A stretch of 25,987 bases of DNA from a virus (lineage: Duplodnaviria; Caudoviricetes), in the IMG/VR virus record IMGVR_UViG_3300037657_000155, positions 1-25,987 of that record; one strand, written 5' to 3'. Below the pieces are notes generated by a model that saw nothing but the letters and a program-made list of their open reading frames with translations, was not told the origin of the DNA and did not search any database. The translations under genes were made by a program, and so were the position numbers. Positions 1-9,300 of the stretch are shown one piece after another (positions within the stretch are counted from its first letter, which is position 1; each line of letters starts with the position of its first letter).

Positions 1-19
1 CGACATAAAGGAGACGACC

Positions 20-136
20 ATGGAAGAGAAGCGGAAAGAAGAACAAAAACCAATAGTCTTGAAGGTACGCGGCCTTGCGATAGGCGTGACGACCAAAACA
101 AAACAGGAGAAAGACCATGGCCCAGTGGATAAATGA
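20..136 (+). CDS. Small hypothetical phage protein, 38 aa (MEEKRKEEQKPIVLKVRGLAIGVTTKTKQEKDHGPVDK), below the ORF-track cutoff
   Basis: AAGGAG at 8-13, ATG at 20, TGA at 134-136; overlaps the start of the next gene, as is common in phage operons. Confidence 0.6.
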   Translation: MEEKRKEEQKPIVLKVRGLAIGVTTKTKQEKDHGPVDK

Positions 137-524
137 TGAGATTCTGGACTTTGTATTAGAACTCATTCGCGCGGGGCTTCCGTATGACACGAGGATCAGC
201 GCGTGCAGCCAGCAGCCGCTGACTTTCGACGAGGCAAGGACAACCTATATGCTCGCCGAGGCCACGATTGACTTGTCTTCGGTTACAAAAGCTGACGGGG
301 ACGTTTCGGGGCGGAAAATGACGATCCCCTCAGTGGCAGATGCACCCATAACGAACAGCGGGCTGGCGACTCACATCGCCTTGACGGCGTATTACAACGG
401 CACGTACACGGATTCGAAATTGGTGTATGTCACCACGTGTGAAGATTTAACGCTTGTGGCGGGCGGCACCATTACCTTCCCGGCGTGGGATATAGAAATA
501 GCAGACCCAACACTACCATCATAA
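117..524 (+). CDS. Small phage virion structural protein (beta-rich; putative fibre/decoration subunit A), 135 aa
   Basis: CAGGAG SD at 104-109; Thr/Ala/Gly-rich beta composition; motifs CSQQP, ATHIAL, LVYVTT and GGTITFPAWDIEIADP recall small phage structural proteins. Confidence 0.75.
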   Translation: MAQWINDEILDFVLELIRAGLPYDTRISACSQQPLTFDEARTTYMLAEATIDLSSVTKADGDVSGRKMTIPSVADAPITNSGLATHIALTAYYNGTYTDSKLVYVTTCEDLTLVAGGTITFPAWDIEIADPTLPS

Positions 525-537
525 AAGGAGAATTATC

Positions 538-948
538 ATGGCTGATTTCAACAAGTTTAACAATTTCGTGGAAGAACTGGCAAAGGGGGCACACCACCTT
601 CATGCTGCTGGTGACGTCGTCAAGGTATACCTGACGAACAACGCGCCAAGTGCCGCTGACGATGCCGTCTTAGGCGACCTTGCAGGCATTACCGAGGAAA
701 ACGGTTATGCAGCCGCGGACATCCAGAACGACGTGTCGGAAACGAGCGGCACAGCTTCGGTAACCGGAACCGACGTGGAGTGGACTGCGACCGGGGCGGT
801 AGGCCCGTTCAGATACGCTGTCCTCTACAACGACACCCACGCGAGCGACGCGCTTATCGGCTGGTGGGATTACGGCTCAAGCATTTCCCTTGCCAATGGC
901 GAGAAGTTCAAGGTCGATTTCGGCGTTTCCATCTTCACTATAGCGTAA
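538..948 (+). CDS. Small phage virion structural protein (beta-rich; putative fibre/decoration subunit B), 136 aa
   Basis: AAGGAG SD at 525-530; motifs FNKFNNFVE, VKVYLTN, NGYAA, GPFRYAVLYNDT and LIGWWDYGSSISLANGEKFKVDF recall a widespread small phage structural family. Confidence 0.8.
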   Translation: MADFNKFNNFVEELAKGAHHLHAAGDVVKVYLTNNAPSAADDAVLGDLAGITEENGYAAADIQNDVSETSGTASVTGTDVEWTATGAVGPFRYAVLYNDTHASDALIGWWDYGSSISLANGEKFKVDFGVSIFTIA

Positions 949-965
949 GAAGCATTTGAATGAAA

Positions 966-1055
966 TGAAGGGATGCAGGGACTTCCGTGAAACTTTTCTT
1001 TTAAAGAAAATTTATTGCCTATAGGGACTTTACCGGATTACCCTGCATCCCTTCA
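966..1055. repeat. Long intergenic stem-loop with a perfect 15-bp inverted repeat
   Basis: TGAAGGGATGCAGGG (966-980) is the exact reverse complement of CCCTGCATCCCTTCA (1041-1055). Inner elements: TCCG/CGGA, TTTTCTT..AAGAAAA (994-1010) and the palindrome CCTATAGG (1018-1025). Confidence 0.9.
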
Positions 1056-1084
1056 GCGAAGAAGTACAACGAGGTAGGTTATAA

Positions 1085-3568
1085 GTGGCCATAGAATTCG
1101 TCGCCGTAGGTACATTAGCGGAAGTAACAGCAACCGGTCAAACAATGACTCCCGGCCTTCCGGCCGGGTATGCCGTTGGAGATTTCCTTCTGCTTGTAAC
1201 ACAGGGGGCCAACGGTTCCGCATACCCTTCCTTGGGTTACCAAGGATGGACGGTATTTCTCAGCCAAACCGGGCTAAACAGAGACAGAATAACATTTCAT
1301 TATAAGAGGGCTGTCGCAAGCCAAGCTGCGCCGACGTGGACTTCTGATTCGTGGGAAACGGGCAGGATTTTTGCTTTCAGAGGCGCACTTTTAAGCGGAG
1401 ATGCGATCAACGCATCGGCCTACGATACCGACGCAGGAAAACCACAGGTCCTTCCAGCGGTAACCACATCCCTTGCCAAGTGCGGGATTATCCACGTGGC
1501 GGCTCATGGCGGTGCGCTTACATGGTCTGGATGGGGGGATGCTGATCTTGTCAGCTGCACCGATCTTGGTGATTTTTTAGGAGTATCGAATGGCTGTTAT
1601 TCCCTTGCGTACGGTATCAAAACTACGCCCGGGCTGGTTGACGGTGGAGTGGTAACGTGTTCCGGCACAAACACCACCCATGTAATCACTATTGCAATAG
1701 TGACCGCAACCCTTAATGTGGCAGCGGCCAGCGGTTCATTTGCAATGACCGGTACGGCAGCCACCTTAACGTTCACAGAGGGGACGACAACGCTGGACGC
1801 AGCAAGTGGCTCGATTGCCGTCACGGGAACGGCGGCAGGCTTCCTGTATTCGCGTATAATGCCCGCCTCGCCCGGTTCTGTTGCCATATTTGGAACGGCG
1901 GCAGGCGTCCTCTATTCACGCATATTGCCCACTTCATTTGGTTCGGTTGCAGTCGCCGGAACGGCGGCCACCCTTACCTACAATAGAGGTTCGATAACAC
2001 TATCGGCGGGATCCAACGATATTTACATACTTGGTCCCGTCGGCGGTAAGACCCTCAAGAAGTCATTGAGCCTTGTGCCGGCTTCGGAAGGCTCATTTGC
2101 CGTCACGGGTACAGCGGCGGGCTTCATTCGCTCGCACGTCCTGGCAGCGTCATCCGTCGCATATACCGTCAACGGAACAGCGACGACATTTCTGTACAGC
2201 AGGGTATTTACCACAGCCCCAGGATCGTATATCGTCACCGGCACGGCAGTTGATTTTGTGGCCGGAATAGGTATTGCGGCAACGACAGGATCGTTTGCAG
2301 TAAACGGCACAGCCGCCGGCCTATGCAAGTCATACCTTTTCAGCGTCTCGGAGGGCACCTTCGCCGTCACGGGCACGGAGGCGACATTTGATAGAACGCA
2401 GGGCGTCCTAACCTTTTCGGGAACATTCGCCGTCACGGGAACGGCAGCGGGGCTTTTAAAAGACCATATTCTCGTCGCGGATCCCGACAAGAGCTCAACG
2501 GTCATCACGCGCTATGCCGCCGACGCATGGGAAGGGGAATTCGCCCAGGCGTCGCTGACAACCACATGGACTCCGACAGATCTGCCGGACGACATCGCGA
2601 TCGTATTGTTTGGCCTGGACAGCCGCGCGGAGATCGCGTCCGTTACCCTCGGGGGAAGAGAATTCACGAAACTTGCTGAAGCCGAGGGAACAGGAGCGGG
2701 CTACCACCGGGGGGAACTATGGTACCTTGTAAACCCGCCCCACGTAGAATCGGAGTTTGCGATCACGCTGAACGACTCGCAAGGCACATGGACCATCTAC
2801 CGGGTTGAACACTACTATAACGTCAACCGGTATGACCCGTTCGGCGACGTTGCAGCATCGTTTGTTAATTACGGCGCTGAAATATCCAACACGGTCGAGG
2901 ACGTCCAGCCGGGACAATTCCCCTTCGACTGGTTGGTTCACACGATTGCCTGGTACGCGATCACGCCAGGGGTGGATCAGACCGAAATATTTAATTTGAA
3001 CACCGGGCATTTCGCCCGGGGTATGTCGCACCGTCTTGGCGACACCGGCGACGTGGATTTTACATGGTCATTCCAGGGCGTAAACGGCGACAAAGTCCAC
3101 ATCGCCACCGTATTCCAGCAGCCGGCCTTCCGGAACATATTTACTATCAACGGATCCACCGCGACCCTGCTCAAGATTGTCGAAATGACGATCCACGACA
3201 CGGCGCACGGCATTACCATGACGGGTATCGTTCTGATCGTGTCAACAGCACAAGAGCTCGTGATCGAGGACAGCGCACACGCCTTGACCATGGGAAACGT
3301 AACCCTCACGATGCCGGACACGCTGACGATCAGCGACGCGATCCATGGCCTCACCATGCCGAACGTTGGCCTTGTCATGCCCGGGACGCTCACCATCAAT
3401 GACGCGGCCCATGCGGTAACGATGCCGAACATTGCCCTGGGCGGGATAGCATACGGGAATTTAGGGGCCATAATCCAAATTGACGGCGAGTGGAAGGACG
3501 TAACCGCAATACAGGTACAAATCGGCGGTGTATGGAAAGACGTCACCGAGATCACATTACGGCAGTAG
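1085..3568 (+). CDS. Phage fibre/adhesin-like structural protein, 827 aa, with two globular beta domains and two classes of 22-aa repeat
   Basis: GAGGT SD at 1071-1075 and GTG start. N-terminal PAGYAVGDFLLLV-type domain, about 11 GS(F/Y/V/I)AVTGTAA repeats, a second globular domain, four LTIxDxxHxxTM repeats, and a duplicated C-terminal QIxGxWKDVT motif. Confidence 0.8.
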   Translation: MAIEFVAVGTLAEVTATGQTMTPGLPAGYAVGDFLLLVTQGANGSAYPSLGYQGWTVFLSQTGLNRDRITFHYKRAVASQAAPTWTSDSWETGRIFAFRGALLSGDAINASAYDTDAGKPQVLPAVTTSLAKCGIIHVAAHGGALTWSGWGDADLVSCTDLGDFLGVSNGCYSLAYGIKTTPGLVDGGVVTCSGTNTTHVITIAIVTATLNVAAASGSFAMTGTAATLTFTEGTTTLDAASGSIAVTGTAAGFLYSRIMPASPGSVAIFGTAAGVLYSRILPTSFGSVAVAGTAATLTYNRGSITLSAGSNDIYILGPVGGKTLKKSLSLVPASEGSFAVTGTAAGFIRSHVLAASSVAYTVNGTATTFLYSRVFTTAPGSYIVTGTAVDFVAGIGIAATTGSFAVNGTAAGLCKSYLFSVSEGTFAVTGTEATFDRTQGVLTFSGTFAVTGTAAGLLKDHILVADPDKSSTVITRYAADAWEGEFAQASLTTTWTPTDLPDDIAIVLFGLDSRAEIASVTLGGREFTKLAEAEGTGAGYHRGELWYLVNPPHVESEFAITLNDSQGTWTIYRVEHYYNVNRYDPFGDVAASFVNYGAEISNTVEDVQPGQFPFDWLVHTIAWYAITPGVDQTEIFNLNTGHFARGMSHRLGDTGDVDFTWSFQGVNGDKVHIATVFQQPAFRNIFTINGSTATLLKIVEMTIHDTAHGITMTGIVLIVSTAQELVIEDSAHALTMGNVTLTMPDTLTISDAIHGLTMPNVGLVMPGTLTINDAAHAVTMPNIALGGIAYGNLGAIIQIDGEWKDVTAIQVQIGGVWKDVTEITLRQ
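1720..2460 (+). repeat. Coding tandem repeat, type I (GSFAVTGTAA), mostly 66-nt period
   Basis: Equivalent codons at 1817, 1883, 1949 and at 2099, 2165, 2231, 2297, 2363, 2429 (66-nt steps); GCCGTCACGGG recurs at 1817, 2099, 2363 and 2429. Confidence 0.9.
3179..3440 (+). repeat. Coding tandem repeat, type II (LTIxDxxHxxTMxNVxL), 4 copies
   Basis: Conserved His codons at 3206, 3278, 3344 and 3410 (steps of 72, 66 and 66 nt), each followed by xxTM. Confidence 0.9.
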
Positions 3569-3581
3569 AAGGAGACAGACA

Positions 3582-4970
3582 ATGAGAACACCGAATACTA
3601 CGAATTACAGCTTGGCCCCGGACGCACTCAAGCAGATCGAGGCGAAGATGCGACAGATGCAGGCCACCGGAACGGTTGTCACCCCCGAAATGATGGAGGC
3701 CATGTACAATGCCGCGCTGAAAACCGGCACCGATCTGAACAGGCTCCAGGGAGCGGAGAACGTAACCGGGATGAAAGAGGCATACGAGACGAGACGCCAG
3801 GAACATGCGGCGAGAAAGGCACAGGACGCGGAGATGGCCAAAGGGATCGGCGGCACCCTCGGGAACATTGGGCTTCGTTACGGGGTTAAATACATTGATA
3901 AAAAATTCTTCCCGGAGGCAGCAAAGCCCGGAGCAACGCCTGGCGCGTCGGTATCGGGAGAGCTGAGCACCATCGGCGGACAGCCCATGGAGCTTGGCGG
4001 GATGAAGACGCTTGGCGCAGAAAACATAAGCCTTGGCGGACAGCCCACGCTTATGCCGGAGGGGAACCCGTTGGCCGGGTATGGAAGTGCGGTTAACATG
4101 GAATCGCTTGAGCTTGCACCGTCAACACTGCCGGGGTCGGGGCCGGTAACGGCACCACCGGTAACACCTGGTCCGCTTGTCGGGCCGACCGTGGAAACCG
4201 GCGGGGCGATCCTTCCTTCAAGCGAACTCGGAGGGCAGGGAATAGCAACACCGGTAGCGGAACTGGGAACAAACTTGGTAGAGCCGGTGGCAGAACTTGG
4301 GGGAAGCGCGCTGGCGGAAACAGGGGCGACGCAGATAGGCAGCCAGGTTGCATCGACGGCACCAGCCTTCTCGGCAACGTCCGCACTTGGGCCGGCCGGC
4401 TTCGGATCCATGGCTTCGGGCCTCATAGGAGCCATGGGCGTCAGGGACGACGTGGGACAGGCCATGCTTTTGGGGCAGGGCGGTGAAAACGAACAGGACA
4501 TCGCCGGAGGGGTAGCAGGCGGAGCGGCGGCAGGGGCCGCAGCGGGAACATGGGTTTTCCCAGGGGTAGGAACAGCGGTCGGCGGGCTTCTCGGCGGCAT
4601 AGCCGGAGGTGTAGCCACGGCCTTCGAGGATGACTGCATCATCGTCACGTGCTGCCATGGAAGTAATTCAAAAGAGGTTCAGATCGCCAAAGAATACCGC
4701 GACCGGTTCATGTCAAAGCGGCAGATCCGCGGCTATTACGTTATGGCTGAACTGCTCGTGCCTCGCATGACGCAAAAGCCCGGGCTGAAAAAAGCAGTAA
4801 AGCGGCTCCTCGTTGACCGGCTCATACCATGCGGAATGTGGGCCACGGGAAAGACAACCAGATGGCCGTCCGTGACGAGCTATTTCGTAACCAAGGCATT
4901 TCTTGGATTATGCAGCGTATTCGGCACGTTGGTTCCACAATATGAAAGAATAACCGGGGAGGTGTACTAA
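3582..4970 (+). CDS. Putative DNA-ejection/pilot-type internal virion protein, 462 aa, with a glycine-zipper membrane segment and a C-terminal CFI-box-CTERM-like domain
   Basis: Start moved from the ORF-track 3528 to ATG 3582 (AAGGAG at 3569-3574, right after the previous stop). Gly/Pro-rich middle; GGVAGGAAAGAAAG..GVGTAVGGLLGGIAGG; CIIVTCCHG..EV..AKEYRDRFM..RGYY from 4635. Confidence 0.7.
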   Translation: MRTPNTTNYSLAPDALKQIEAKMRQMQATGTVVTPEMMEAMYNAALKTGTDLNRLQGAENVTGMKEAYETRRQEHAARKAQDAEMAKGIGGTLGNIGLRYGVKYIDKKFFPEAAKPGATPGASVSGELSTIGGQPMELGGMKTLGAENISLGGQPTLMPEGNPLAGYGSAVNMESLELAPSTLPGSGPVTAPPVTPGPLVGPTVETGGAILPSSELGGQGIATPVAELGTNLVEPVAELGGSALAETGATQIGSQVASTAPAFSATSALGPAGFGSMASGLIGAMGVRDDVGQAMLLGQGGENEQDIAGGVAGGAAAGAAAGTWVFPGVGTAVGGLLGGIAGGVATAFEDDCIIVTCCHGSNSKEVQIAKEYRDRFMSKRQIRGYYVMAELLVPRMTQKPGLKKAVKRLLVDRLIPCGMWATGKTTRWPSVTSYFVTKAFLGLCSVFGTLVPQYERITGEVY

Positions 4971-6340
4971 TGAATTTAAAAGACGTGTCCATAGGTTTTA
5001 CCCACGCACTCAACAAGGGGATCCCCGAAATAGATGAACGCGCGATCCGAAACGAAGAACTGGGAATGAGAAAAGACACCCACGCCCTCCAGCTGAGAAA
5101 AGCGCAGCGGGAAGAGGAACTCTTGACGGCAATAAAGGGTCATGTTGACGAATACCGGAACGCGGTGGCGAACCTTCCACCAGGTCCGGCTATCGGAGGG
5201 GGAGTACCTCAACAGCAATCTCCAACAAGTGTCCAACAATCTCCAACACAATCTCCAACGTTGGCACCGACCGTAACGACATCCGGGCAGCCGAACGTTG
5301 ACAGCGGATCAGGAACGGTCATAGCGCAGCCGCCTCCGCAAGCACCGCCACAAGCACAAAGGCAGCAAACCACACCGGGGCCAGTAGAACTCCAGAACAA
5401 CGACCCGGTGACGAACCCGCCGCAAAACGAACCGGCACTTCAAGAACGCGGCAAGATGATGATGAAGATCCATGACACGCTCCTGGCGAATGGCCAGTTT
5501 GACGCGGCCAATAAGATTCAGAAGGCCGAACTCGACAACATTTTTACGATTGCGAAGATATCACCACAGGGAGCCATGAAGGCATGGAACTCCAACCCGT
5601 GGATCACAAAGAAATATGGGCTGGTGTCTCCTAAAGATATTACCCAAAAGGGTGAGTGGAGCTTCATGAAAATAGGCGGCGACGGCCTCGTCCGTTGGAA
5701 CAAAAACGGAACGTTTGAGATGGTCCAGAAGCCAACCGCAGCCGGAGGGAAGGCACCGACACCGCAGATGTACGTCGAGAAGCCCATCGGCCCGAACTCT
5801 CAGCAGAAATTCCAGTGGAACCCGCAGACGGGCCAGCACGACATACCATTCGGCGCACCATACCGCATCCACAAACCCGATAGCGGCGGAGGGAGCGGCG
5901 GAGATGGCAGGGGCGGCACGGCTGATACGCGGGAATTCAGAATGCACCTTGGCCAGCTCAACGGCCTCTATAAATCCATGGCTGGCATCCAGAAGGGCGT
6001 TGACCCGATTACACAGCAGATCATACCGCAAGATCAGATCGAGGCGGCAAAGGCTACGATCCAGGGGCAGATCAACAGCCTCGAATCACTCATGCAAGAA
6101 GACTACCCCGATCACTGGGCACGGTATCGCAAACAGCCCAAGGCCGCCGGAGCTATCGGCGGAAACGGGAAACAGGATTACAAGGCAAACAAAACCGGCA
6201 ACATTTCCAAAGCGGCTGATTATTTCCGCGATAATGCCGGCACACTTGGCCAAAAAGCCATGTATGACAAGCTCATAGCGGCAGGCTACAGCGAGGACAG
6301 CATAAAACAGGGATGGAAACAATTTAAAGGCGTACGGTAA
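4970..6340 (+). CDS. Putative internal virion/DNA-transfer protein, 456 aa
   Basis: TAATG stop/start coupling at 4968-4972 and a GGAGGTG SD. N-terminal coiled coil, Pro/Gln-rich linker, GSGGD linker and C-terminal LIAAGYSEDSI helix; lies between the pilot-like and giant genes. Confidence 0.7.
   Translation: MNLKDVSIGFTHALNKGIPEIDERAIRNEELGMRKDTHALQLRKAQREEELLTAIKGHVDEYRNAVANLPPGPAIGGGVPQQQSPTSVQQSPTQSPTLAPTVTTSGQPNVDSGSGTVIAQPPPQAPPQAQRQQTTPGPVELQNNDPVTNPPQNEPALQERGKMMMKIHDTLLANGQFDAANKIQKAELDNIFTIAKISPQGAMKAWNSNPWITKKYGLVSPKDITQKGEWSFMKIGGDGLVRWNKNGTFEMVQKPTAAGGKAPTPQMYVEKPIGPNSQQKFQWNPQTGQHDIPFGAPYRIHKPDSGGGSGGDGRGGTADTREFRMHLGQLNGLYKSMAGIQKGVDPITQQIIPQDQIEAAKATIQGQINSLESLMQEDYPDHWARYRKQPKAAGAIGGNGKQDYKANKTGNISKAADYFRDNAGTLGQKAMYDKLIAAGYSEDSIKQGWKQFKGVR
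5216..5259 (+). repeat. Short coding direct repeat CAATCTCCAAC x3 (QSPT units)
   Basis: Copies at 5216-5226, 5237-5247 and 5249-5259. Confidence 0.85.
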
Positions 6341-6354
6341 CGGGAGGACAAAGC

Positions 6355-9300
6355 GTGGCTAACGACAACTTTCTTGATGAACTCGCCGGAACAACGACAA
6401 TAGCGGGAAAAAAGGCAGAAAAACCGGCAAAACGAGGATTTCTTGATGAACTGGCCGGGACAACGGAAACGTTTGGCCCCGACACGGACGATCGAAGCAC
6501 CTACCGGAAGGTAGGGGAGGGCATGGTAGGAATTACGCGGGAAGGCGTAAAGGGCGTTGCCCGCGGCTGGCTCCAGGCGAACAAGGGCATAGGCTCTGCC
6601 ATCGAGTACCTAGGACGAATAGGCGACCAGTACACAGGCTCGCCTCCGGAGTGGGGTATAGACGAGGTCGGGCCGGAGCATTTAGGGACGCCCATACCGA
6701 AAGCCGACCCGAACGGGCCGACCTATGAACCACCACCGGGACCTCCAAAGGAAGGAGAAACGACACGGTTCGGGAAACAGATACGCCAGTATTGGGATGA
6801 GCCGTTAAAGAAAGTTGAGCCGGAAGTCGGGTCCATTTATGACATAAAGGATCCGGAGGGCTTTTTCAAGTGGGGAGCTGGAGCGCTGGGACAGATGGGG
6901 GCACAGGTGGCCATAACCGCACCCTTCATGATCCAGGGTAAGGCTGTCCAGATGGCCCAGGTTGCGCCGGAGGTGGCGAAGACGACCCTGGGCAAGAAGG
7001 CATTGTCGTATCTTGTCGAGTGGGCAAAGCTCAAACCCATGGACGTGCCCATTGCCATGATGGAAGGGGGAGAAATCCTCGGCGGCCAGATCGAACGTCT
7101 TGAGAAAGGGGAAACCAGGGAACTCAGCCCACTTCGGGGATTAGCCGCAATATTCATCGCGTCCAAATTCGAGGAACTCGGTACCGAGAAGGCCACGGCC
7201 AAGCTGCTCAAATTTGGTCCCGACGTTGCTGAATTCGCGAAGAAGGGGTTGTGGAACCGCATAAGCCAGTCCGCGCTGACACAAATGCTCGGTGAGGGAT
7301 CGGAAGAATTCTTCCAGGCATACGCAGAACAATACGGTATTAATCCGAATGACCTGCTGACCAGGAAACAGTTTCTGGAGGCAGTTGATGCAGCGGCAGC
7401 CGGGGCAGTGGGAGGCTTTGGCATCGGCGGAGTTACCGGCGCAATCGCACGCAAGACATATGAAGCAGGAACGAAAGATACGACGAAAGCCGGCGAACCA
7501 GTCACGGGAGAACTGGGCGGGCAACCGGCAACGCAGCCGCCTTTCGAGGGACAGCCAGAAACACAACCCGCGACGACACCACCTGGAACGCAACCGCCAA
7601 CGATGCCACCACCTCCACAACCGACTCCACCTGGATCACCCGTTGACGGACAGGCAACCGCTATTGTCGAACAGGTAAAAAACTCTTTAGAAAACGGACA
7701 GATCACGGCCGAGCAGGCAGGAGTCATCAGACAGAAGGCAGCGGCAGTTCTGGGTGAACAGCACCCGGAAATTCAGCGCATGGACCGCGTCATTCTGGAA
7801 CACGCGCGCATGGCCAACCTTCCATCCGGCATGGCTGACGGGATACGGATGGCACAGGAAGCGCAAAAGGCAGCTGAAGAGTCAGCGATATTGCCAAGCG
7901 AACCCATGGACGAACTCGATGAGATGACCGTACCGGATATCGTTGAACCGCAATCGACAGTGTCCTCAGGCGATGTTTTGGAGCTTGGCACGAAAACCAT
8001 TGAGGGAAAAGCACTTACTCCCGGCGGATATATAGCACCGGATGAAAAAGAAATTGAACGGTCAAAGAAACTACTCTCCCTCGCGAGCGACATAGGCGAC
8101 CAGGAGGCAGAAATACCTTCCTCTGACACCACAGTAACGACCAATTTAAAAGATGACGAAAAGTTTAGTGGCACTAAACAAGAATCGGCCAATAAATCGA
8201 CCAGCTCGGCTTTTTCAATAGGAGACAGGGTAACACGGGGAGGGCGAATTGGAACGGTGGCTCAACTATATCAGCCAACCGAAGACCAGCCCACCATAAG
8301 ACTTTACGTGAAGTGGGATGAAGACCCAAATAAGCAGCCGAATGAATTAACTTCGATGGCCAGCGCAGCCCCGGAAAGTGAATTTAAGAAAATAACTGAC
8401 CAGAAAGCCGTTACTGACAAAAAAAATAAAGGAGAATGGGGTGAAACATCGGTGGCGGTAGCATTGCAGCTCAAGCATCCTATTCCGCCGGATGTCCTCG
8501 CCAAATATCCCGATATAGCACGGCAATTCGGCGGGAAAGTGCCGAAAGAATCGCAGACCGCCAAGCAAGAAAATGGAGATATTTCTGCCGCCTCCGACGC
8601 AATCAGGAGAAAGCACCCCCATGCCGGAGCCATGTCTTTTGATGAAATGCCGGATGGCCTCACCCGCACGGAAGCTGACAACGCCCTGGCTGACGAACTT
8701 GCACAAACGATATGGGGATTCACCGAAAAGCAGAGAGATAATTTAGGCAGATCAGAGTATCGGCTCGAACACGAAGAGATCGAGGCGCCGCCATCCAAAA
8801 AGGGCTACGTTTCGACGAACGGCATAATCCTCGGCAAAGCCCCGAACGGCACATGGACGTATGGTTACAATATCAACATTAACAACGGCGGTCAGGGCTG
8901 GTACCCCGGGATCTACGAACGCAAACAATATGACACCCGCGAGGCTGCCTTGCTTGGGGCCATACAAGACTATCGGAATAACTTAGAGAAGCGCGTGAAA
9001 GACGAACAATCAGCAACCGTGAAAAAAGAAGCCAACATTTTACGTTCCTGGTTATCCAGCCTTGAGGCAGGGGCACAGACAAAAAAAGCACCCGCTAAAA
9101 AGGGGAACCATGAAGTAACGAAAGAGGAAGAGACAGCGGCAGCCGAGGCGAAGGTGAAAACGCCGAAGACAACAAAGAAGCCCAAGGCTATCACCGAAGA
9201 CACCCCCTTTCCGTACTACACGTTTTTCAAACAGTACCGGTACTTTTTGCCGCTCCTGCAGAAGATAAGGAAAGGACTGGACCTTGCCGGCGGTAGCGAT

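Noticed and set aside
1720-2460. Regular 66-nt repeats considered as a CRISPR array or DGR template/variable repeat pair
   Set aside because: The repeats are in-frame and vary at synonymous positions; there are no unique spacers, no adenine-specific mismatch pattern, and no cas or reverse transcriptase gene in the window.
3528-3581. ORF-track start of the 480-aa ORF
   Set aside because: It overlaps the previous gene with no SD; ATG 3582 has AAGGAG at normal spacing.
8131-8160. Possible antisense promoter in an AT-rich linker (TACTGT on the minus strand)
   Set aside because: The -35 match is poor and the downstream minus-strand ORF looks like a shadow.
9097-9118. AAGGGG-AACC-ATG AAG TAA mini-ORF in the +1 frame in a linker
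   Set aside because: Only two codons and no promoter found; it could be a relic gene start but cannot be supported.
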